DNA from: Antechinus flavipes
Taxonomy: Eukaryota
Length of the DNA: 64,000 nt
NCBI RefSeq assembly: GCF_016432865.1
Contig: NC_067403.1
Span: 252,774,001 to 252,838,000 of the forward strand
Direction of reading: 5' to 3'
Of this stretch, positions 55,719 to 64,000 are shown one piece after another; the stretch's first letter is position 1, and every line of letters starts with the position of its first letter. Both the position numbers and the translations under genes were made by a program. A model generated the notes under the pieces. It saw only the letters and a program-made list of their open reading frames with translations. It was not told the DNA's origin and searched no databases.

Positions 55719-57949
55719 ATGGCACCGCGAGGTGAGCTGCCCGAGGTGTGTGAGTCTCCGCGTTCGGGGACCCCCGCCCAGCCCTCGGTTTCCCTATAGG
55801 TCCAAGGGGAGGAGCGCGCTGGCCACGCTCGTAAACGCGGGCGGGCCGGGCGGGCAGAGGTCGGATGGCGAGGGAGGTAGGGGAAGCACGCGGCCTCGCG
55901 GCCCATCGCCCTCGGGTCTCCCCCTCCAGGCCGCCGGCTGTCGTCCATCTCCCTGGAGGTCCTGATCTTTCTCAATGGTTGGTACAGCGCCACCTACTTC
56001 CTGTTGGAGCTTTTTGTGTTTATGTACAAAGGTGAGCTCGAGCGACCCTCTCCCCGAGGTGAAGCCCCTTCCCTCCTCCTGGCCCCGCCCTCTTACTCTT
56101 AACTTTGCCGCTCCACGCCTCTGGCCCCGCCCCAGCATAGCTCCACCTTTCCATTAGCTTTACTTGTCCTGTCCCTCTCGGCCCCCGCCCCTTCTTAGCC
56201 TCGCCAGTCCCCGCCTCCTGGTCCCACTCTTTCCTAGCTTTGCCCATAGACACCCCTCCTGGCCCCACGCCTCCTGCTCCTAACATTGCCCCTCCATGTC
56301 TTCTAGCTTAGGCAAGTCCACGCCTCTCAGCCCCACCCCCAGCATAGCCCCGCCCCCTGTTAGCTTTGCCCCTCCCCGTCTCCTAGCTTTGCCTGTCCAT
56401 ACCTCAGCCCCACCCCCAGCATAGCCCCGCCCCTCTGTTAGCTTTGCCCCTCCACGTCTCCTACCTTTGCCTGTCCATACCTCAGCCCCACCCCCAGCAT
56501 AGCCCCGCCCCTCTGTTAGCTTTGCCCCTCCACGTCTCCTAGCTTTGCCTGTCCATACCTCAGCCCCACCCCCAGCATAGCCCCGCCCCTCTGTTAGCTT
56601 TGCCCCTCCTCTCCTAGCTTTGCCTGTCCACGCCTCTCAGCCCCATCCCCAGCATTGCCCCACCCCTGCTGTTAACTTTGTGGTCCACGCCCCCTCCTGG
56701 CTCCACCCCTTATGTTCTTAACTTTGCCCCTCCACGGCTCCTAACTTAGGCAAGTCCACGCCTCTCAGCCCCACCCCCGGCATAGCCCCACCCCTCTGTT
56801 AGCTTTGCCCCTCCCCATCTCCTAGCTTTGCCTGTCTATACCTCAGCCCCACCCCCGGCATAGCCCCACCCCTCTGTTAGCTTTGCCCCTCCCTGTCTCC
56901 TAGCTTTGCCTGTCTATACCTCAGCCCCACCCCCAGCATTGCCCCGCCCCTGCTGTTAGCTTTGCCCCCCCACGCCCCCTCCTCTCCTTGCTTCGCTTGG
57001 ACACGCCTCCTGGATCCACCCCCAGATTGGCCCCGCCCCCAGGGCCCTGCCCGTAAACAGATGGAGGTGCTTTCCCAGGTGGGCCCCGTGCCACCTTGGG
57101 TGAGTCTCTCCCCCTGCCCTGCACACGCTGGTCATTTTCTGCCTCTTCTCCGGCTGGCGCCAGGGCTCCTGTTGCCGTACCCCACAGCCAACCTGGTCCT
57201 CGATGTGGTCATGCTCTTCCTTTACCTGGGCATCGAAATCATCAGGCTCTTTTTTGGTGAGTGGCCTGCACTGCTCCTGCCCCACCGGACACTGTCCCGG
57301 GCCTGAAGCTGCGCCATGGCCCCCGGGGAGCTTGGGGAGGAGCCACCATGGAGGACTCGCCCAATGAGGAGCCTCCTCTCCTCTCCCCCCACCCCAGCCC
57401 CCCAGCAATGGGCTCCTTTCCAAAACCCTTCACAGGCACTTGGGGGTAGCTGTGATTGTCCCAAGTGCTCCTTTTGGGGAGGAGGGAGGAGCCAAGCCTC
57501 CTGACTCGGGACCCCAAGTCTGGATGACACTGGAATCGGCAGCTGGGTGGTCGGGCATCCCCTGGTGGCCTGGTAGCTCCTGGAGGGGACGCCATAGGGC
57601 CTTTCTTGGACATGTCTTGACAGCTACAAAAGGGAACCTCTGTCAAAGGATGATGCCCCTTGGGATCAGCTTGGCCATGACCTTTCCATCCGCCATGATG
57701 GCTTTCTATTACTTCTTGGTGCAGACCTATGTCCTGCGCCTCGAAGCCGTGATGAGTGCCATCCTGCTCATTTTCTGCGGCTTGGAGCTGGTGCTGGAGG
57801 TGTTCACCCTCGCCACCTTCAACAGGTACTTCTGCCTCCCTCTGGGAGGGTCTGGGGAGGGGGAGGGGGGCGGGCAAATGGGGAGGCCAGCTGCTACCTT
57901 CTGGTCTCTAACCTGCTCCCTTCCTGCCCCTAGCATGGACGCATATTGA
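55719..57949 (+). CDS. TMEM216: Transmembrane protein 216 (ciliary transition zone, MKS2/JBTS2 ortholog), 141 aa
   Basis: Exons 55719-55731, 55930-56031, 57164-57256, 57624-57825, 57934-57949 sum to 426 nt: MAPRGRRLSS...LPYPTANLVLDVVM...QTYVLRLEA...NSMDAY*. Confidence 0.96.
56060..56960. repeat. C-rich hierarchical minisatellite (78-bp higher-order unit), TMEM216 intron 2
   Basis: ctcagcccca at 56403, 56481, 56559 gives a 78-bp period. Shorter tagctttgcc-containing subunits have degenerate flanks. Confidence 0.92.
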
Positions 57950-58376
57950 AGGACGAGGCCTGTTGAGGCCGGCGACAGGCCCCCTGGCGCCCCAGAGGCG
58001 CGGGCTCTCAGGGAGGCTGGCGGCGTCTCCTCCCGGATGGCGAAGGGCACACGGCCCTCTCCCAGGCCCTCGAACCCCGTCCTTGCTCGGCACTCCCAGA
58101 GCGCTGGGTCCGAGTCGTCTGCGTCTCCTAGGCTCCTGGCTTGCGTTAGGCCCCACGTGCCCTTTGTGTGTGTCTATATGTGTGTGTCTATATATGTGTG
58201 TGATCCGTCCCCCCAGAAGCCCCAGGGCCTGCCTTTCACAAGGATGTTTTCTTCCACTAACTCCAAACCAAGCTCTCATTCCATTCATTCCCTTCCGAAG
58301 GGACCAGGCAGCAACACTCAGCAGCTCGGAGCGGTCTTTTCTTACGCTGTGTCTTGGGACAAACACACTATTTTAC

Positions 58377-58382
58377 AATAAA
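58377..58382 (+). terminator. TMEM216 polyadenylation signal AATAAA
   Basis: Canonical hexamer about 430 nt past the stop, followed by T/G-rich sequence. Confidence 0.75.
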
Positions 58383-59879
58383 TATTTATTTTCTGTTGTG
58401 GGGGCTGCTGCCCTTTCCTTATGGCCCTTTCTCTGCACGAAGCCCGGGGGCCCTGGCAGCGGGGCACCCCGAGAATTTCGGCCTCTCTTCCTCACCAGGA
58501 CTTGCTCTGGCTGGTCCCTGAGAACCCGGGGCTTTCCAAAAAGTTTCATTTCATTGGATTCTGGGGCAAGGCTGGAGGCAGACAGACGGGGACGAGAGAC
58601 AGGACAGCTGGGGGGAGGGGAGGGATCTTCTGACCAGCACTTGGAGCTACTGCTCCATCCCCCAGTTGTTCTCTCGCTGCAGGCTACCAGGTCTACCTCC
58701 TCTTCCTCTTCCTTTCTTTAGATTCCCGAGGTCTTCCCAGGCTGGGAGACTTGCACCAAGTCCCGTCCCTTCGGTAAACCGGCCTCTCACAGGAAAACCC
58801 CAAATCCACACATCTCCCCTAGAGGGGCTGGACCTTCAGGGGGTTACTGCCTTGCTTTTCTCCACTGTGGCTTTAGCACTTGGGACCTTAGCACTCCCAT
58901 TTGGGAAAAAGGAACCCACGGGCCTTCTCACAATTGGACGTGAAACCTCATTTCATTTGCACGTTGCCACTACGGGCACTTAAAAAGGCAAAGGCTGTCA
59001 GGCAAACCCCCAGTTCGTTAGGATACCCCTGGATCCTGACCTGACCCAACACCCTCGCAGCCTGACTTGGAATTGACTGATTGATGGAGGCCAACGGGAC
59101 CTAGGAGTTCACCTAGTTCAAGCCCTATTTTATAGAAGCAAACAGACCCAGAGAGGGGCAGGGATTTGCCCGCCAGCATGCTGATCCTTGGGACTTGCCC
59201 CCGCTTCCCCATTCTGCCACCCCCGCCGGCTGGGTGAGTGCTTAACCGTAAAGTTCTCTGTTTCAGTTTCCTTGGGGTCTCTGGGAGCAGCCTTCCTTTC
59301 AGTTGTCATCACAAATGCAGCCAGGGGTTAAAGTTTAAATCCTTTATTATCTCCTTCAAAGTCTTGTCTCCTTCACTTGGGGCTCGGCCTGTTTTTCTGG
59401 AAGCCCATCTCTCTCCTTGGTTCCGAGTGCTTGAGCTCTGCCCTCTGAATCTCCCCGACTCCAAAGGTTTGTGCTTCTGCCTCCGGCCACAGCAAGGGCG
59501 GCCGTTGGACTGAATCTGTCTCGGCCTCTGAGAGCTTCTAGTGCACTTGTCCTGGCCCTGGGAGCTTCTTGCTTATATGCCCCACGCGAGTACAGACCAA
59601 TCATCATATCGCTAGGAAACCATTATTTGTTGTAGGGTTAAATCAATACTAAACTAGATTTAACCATTGTCTCAATTCCACTTAGTGTCTTGTTTCAAGT
59701 TGTGGCCCATAACACTCCACTCTGCTTACAAGCCCCAAACCCGGCTCCTCCCTTTGCTACCCAAGTAACCAGAAGCACTTCCTCCTCCTGCCCAGGAAAT
59801 GGCGGTGCTGCCTTTGTAAGGCCGGGTCCTGTTACCCCAGCTTCTCTCAGAACTGTTAGATGGGATGCTTAGACCACCT

Positions 59880-60090
59880 GGGAATTAGGATGCTGCTAAA
59901 TGCTCAGCACGAGACCACCAGGGGGCGCCATGGCCTCAGACATTTGCTAGCTGGGATCCTGGGCAGGCCAGGTCACTCTCCCAGCCTCAGTTTCTTCATT
60001 TGTAAAATGAACTGGAGAGGGAAAGCAAACCACTCTGCCAAGAAATCCCTGGTGGGGTCCCAAAGGGTCAAATCCACCTGAGGTCACTGG
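59880..60090 (+). mobile_element. MIR/MAR1-type SINE fragment
   Basis: gcctcagtttcttcatttgtaaaatga...gcaaaccactc...gccaagaaatcc...ggggtcc. Confidence 0.65.
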
Positions 60091-60349
60091 GCCACGAGAA
60101 TCTGAGACTGCCGGTGGCCTGCGCCCTGGATTCCCCCCCTCCCCACCCCCTCGATGATCGTTTCCCAATACCCCTTTACTACACCCCCCCTCCCCCAAGT
60201 ATCCCGGGGGCACCCAACGCTCCTGCTGTCAGGCCGGGTCGCTCCTTGGACACTGTTGCTTGGGGAAATTGCCTGTGATGGAGGAAGGCGCCAGGGGAGC
60301 CCTTTAAGAGTCAAACCCAAAGCTCGACACGTGTCTCCAATGCAGGGTC

Positions 60350-62075
60350 CATGAAACAGCTCACACCCCATTTATTATTGAAAATATTTTGTTACAAAAG
60401 GAAAAAAAAAGCATACAATGCAGTATAAAAGATTGACAGCGTCATCAAGTTTATTACACAATTTCCAACCTATCAGAAAGAGACAAACAAATCGAATCAC
60501 CGACAACAGGGGGACGGGGCCTTGGCCTTTTTTTCCCTCAGGTATTTTTCTTTTGCTATCTGGAAATAAAACTAAAAATTGTGTCATTAAGTAAAAAAAA
60601 AAACACAAACTCTCCGGGCAAACGGATTTCTGGTATTTTACGGTTTCTTCCTCGAACAACAGTCACCTCATTTGGTTTTCTCTACATTTTAAAAAGACAT
60701 CGGGAGCTGCTCTCTGGAGAAGAGCGCCACTGAACACTCGAGACTGGGGAAGCCCGGCTCCTTGGAGGAAGTGGGGATGGGACGGGGGGACGAGGGGAGG
60801 GAGCCACCACCCCTTCCCTCTGTCCCAAGGGAATGTGTCTCTGACCCTGGGGAACTGTCTCTGTGCTGACCGAAGTGTGAGAGGCCGCGGCTCTCCCGTG
60901 CCCTCTGCCTGAGAAGGCCCGGACTAAGTGCGGGTGCCCTGTGGGGGATGTGGAGGTAGCCCTGGAACCACCAGTGTGGAGAAGCCTAGTTGCCATGGGT
61001 GGGATTCTCTGGGACCATCACCCCAGGGAACCCGGCGGCTGCAAGCTCGGCTCTGGCTCTTTCGTGGACTTTCCTGGAGGGGCGAGGGGGAGGCCAAAGG
61101 CCAAAGAATCCCGGGGACAGTTTCCGATTCTGGAAGCCGGCGCCCCTGGCCGGCGGCCTGATGGCAGGCGCCTGCTTTCATGGCTCTTTTGGAAGGAAAA
61201 GCTTTGAGAAGTGGTCAGTGACTAGGCCCCTCTCTCCCCCCTGCTCCTGTAGCCTCTGGCTGGGATCGCCGCTGCCAAGGTGGGGATGTGTTGCAGTGCC
61301 TTCCTCTAAAACAAGGAAACGGCCCTCTTGGGGCAAGGGCTCAGGGGAAGAGCGCCTGTCAGAGCTTGTTAATTCACGAGCAGCAAGCAAGCAAAGCAGG
61401 GAGAGGCGGGTGCAGACACCTGACAGGTCTCTTGTTTGCCAAGGGACCAATGGGACCAAGGAAACTGGGAGTGCTGGAGGCCTCACGCCTTCCCCGGGAG
61501 ATCAGGAGAATAACCGTCAAGGAGAGAGGAAGGCAGAACAAATGAGGGCAGAAAATGCTTCTTCCTGCAGGTCCACCCCAAAGGGCTGAGAGGGCTCTGG
61601 GGTTGGAGGCACCACCCTGCAGGGGGAGGAGGCCCAGGTGGACACAAAATGGGGACCCCTTTGGTGGGTTTCTGAGAGGCTTTCCCACCTGCCTCAAGCT
61701 GCTCCCAGAAAAATACGAACCTCACAAGTTCCCAAGAAAAAGAAAGCACCGTTCTTTTGGAGTCCAAGCATTTGTGGATCGTGGGCCCAGCTACAGTCTA
61801 CCTTCTTCCCTTTCTCTTCTCTTGCCCCTCCCAACCCCAACCAGTCTTTCAGCCCTTTCCCTAGGCAAGCAGGGTCATGCCAGGGCCTGGGGAGGGCTGG
61901 GGAGGGTGCCAAGCTCTCTTCGGTCTGGTGGGGCATCAGGTGTTCCCTGGGTGTCTGGAGGGAATTGGGGGGCTTGGGAGAGGGGAAAGGGGTGGAGCGG
62001 CCTCCGTCCTTTAGTCCTGATCGAGGTGAGGAGATGCAAGTCCATTAAAAAAAACATTTACTTCCAACCAGACTC
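60350..62075 (-). other. CPSF7: Non-coding terminal exon (3' UTR) of CPSF7; coding exons lie beyond the window
   Basis: Strong acceptor cccccttctgctgttctcattgcag|GAGTCTGGTTGG at 62075 and AATAAA at 60450-60455 and 60371-60376. Identity rests on conserved synteny (CPSF7 follows TMEM216) and remembered UTR similarity, not on coding sequence. Confidence 0.7.
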
Positions 62076-63833
62076 CTGCAATGAGAACAGCAGAAGGGGG
62101 GAGGGAGAGAAAATACAAGTTAGAGATTTATATTTGATTATCTGGGGATTATCTGGATTATCACCAGCATTTTCTAAAGCAGGAAGCCCACGAGGTCAAA
62201 GGATGCTATGGAAAGCAGGAGAGAACATAATTTTGCATGACGGAAAGAGAGGAAAAAAAGGAAAAAGGCCTGGCTGGACTATTCTGAAGCAAATGATGAC
62301 AAGAGCTCAGAAGGACTCTACTGAGATCGGCTCTTGTGGACACCTTAAAAAGGGCCGTGTGACTGCCGGCTCTCCCGGACGACAAGGTCAAGCCGTGGCG
62401 GGAGAGAGACACAGCAAGAGGCTGACTGGTCACAGGCGCTATCAAGGAAAGAGAAAAGGGAACGGCTCCATCTGCTGGAGCCCGGGGCAGCCAGCGCCCA
62501 GCGAGGGATCCTGGGGACAGTCCTGCCCTGCTCACAGCAGGGGGGCCACCAGCTTGGGAGAGCAAACACAAAGTATCCTTGGAGGAAAAGCCCAAAGACA
62601 TTTCCAAATCACACTGGAAAACGAGGTCCAAGGACCAGTTAGATTATAAAACTCTCCCAAGGCGACAGCACCAGTTATGGCTCAAAAAATGGCAGGGCGA
62701 GGACAAGCGCACAACAGAACCCAAGTTGTGTTTCAAAGTCAAAAGGCAGCCCCCATAGCCCCCCGCTCTGTTTTGGGCCAGGCTACGATGGCTCCCTGGG
62801 GAGGGGGGCGTCTTCCGCAGCAGGGGCTGGCACCCACGACCTGCTCAGGCTCAAAGGCAGAGTTCTGGTCAGTGCTGAGAAGCTGCAGATAATCCCAGAA
62901 GAGGCTAATTAGTCTCGTGGGAAAGAATTCAAAACAGGCTTCAGGCCTCCCCAATGTTAAAGGGATGAGCAGCTATATTACAAAAGGATGCACAAATCTA
63001 TTCCCTTCTTAAGTCAAATACAGCAAATACATGTGTGGCGCTAAGGAAAGAGGAGGCCTGGACTGGAAGTCAGAGCAGAGAGGTAGGAAGGGATGGCAGC
63101 CTGAGCCAGACTTCTACCCCACTACCACGTCCGCCCACTACAAGCTGAGACCAGTCACTCGCTCTCTTCCAGAGCACCTCTGAGGCCCCCAAAGGTCACC
63201 CAGCCCACCTGGGTGCAGCTTGCACTGTGAGTGTTTCTGACAGCAAACCCAGGAACCTGAGCATGAATCTCATTCTAACAAGTCACTGGGCCTTTTTGTT
63301 CCATTTCCTCCTCTGAAATGTGGGATTGGACTAGCTGACTAGATGGTCCCACGTTATTTAATGAAGAATCCACAAGCCAGAAAATACTACAGAACCCTTC
63401 CACAAACATCTACTGTCCATTTTCCTATTTTAAAGGCTCCTCCCCTCCAAAGTAGCAAAGCATCGAAAAAAACACATGTGTTCATTTTATAGGTGGGAGT
63501 TATAGTTAGGTGAAGTAATGATGAAACAAAGCAACGAATCCATTCACTCAGTTTAGCTCATTCAGACTGGATTAAGAGTGTCTAAGAAATTGTTTTTCCT
63601 GAGACAAAAGGGTCAGAATGGCTATAAAAATGAGGAGTTTATCTCTAGGAGTCTGAAGATCATTCTTGAGTAGCCCTGAATAATGTACCAAGTGGCCAAA
63701 TAAATCACGTCCTATCCACAGTCTTAGATTACCCTCAAGTGATCAGAAAAAAGTACACATGCAAATGTCATCTACTGAGTATTCCTGCCAAACTCAAAAA
63801 GGAAGTTGATGGTTTCAAAGGAAATGAGATGGA

Positions 63834-64000
63834 GCCTCATTCTAAACCAACCGCTGACTCCCTTGGAGTGAGTTTTAAGTGGAGGCTGGAAAGACCAAAG
63901 ATCCTTGGGAGAGGAGTCCCATACATAGGCCTCATTCTAAACCAACCGCTGACTCCCTTGGAGTGAGTTTTAAGTGGAGGCTGGAAAGACCAAAGATCCT
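63834..64000. repeat. 95-bp tandem duplication running off the window end
   Basis: gcctcattctaaaccaaccgctgactcccttggagtgagttttaagtggaggctggaaagaccaaagatcct starts at 63834 and 63929. Confidence 0.92.

Noticed and set aside
61555-62649. 364-aa + strand ORF opposite the CPSF7 last exon
   Set aside because: No recognisable domain or supporting promoter, it lacks an ATG at its annotated start, and it overlaps UTR and intron on the other strand. Treated as chance.

Overview
Vertebrate genomic DNA, not prokaryotic. The SINE and L1 3' ends look marsupial, probably Australian/dasyurid-like (inference). The window holds the conserved block DDB1(-), TKFC(+), CYB561A3(-), TMEM138(+), TMEM216(+) and the non-coding last exon of CPSF7(-). 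I spliced the five complete genes by hand and each gives an intact frame: DDB1 1140 aa (27 coding exons, one AT-AC minor intron), TKFC 578 aa, CYB561A3 242 aa, TMEM138 162 aa, TMEM216 141 aa. There are two bidirectional CpG-island promoters, L1/L2/MIR/marsupial SINE fragments mostly in DDB1 introns, and a GC-rich minisatellite in each complete gene. The best leads are at the Joubert/Meckel pair. TMEM216 carries Ala at the position of human Gly77, through the same exon-first G>C change I recall as a Meckel allele. TMEM138 and TMEM216 share a near-identical first-exon layout (RFX X-box, ATGGC, 13 nt, GTGAG donor). Their intergenic region is about 1.5 kb, against about 23 kb recalled for human. 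No CRISPR, rRNA or tRNA was found. Nearly all long ORFs in the supplied track are by-products of high GC.
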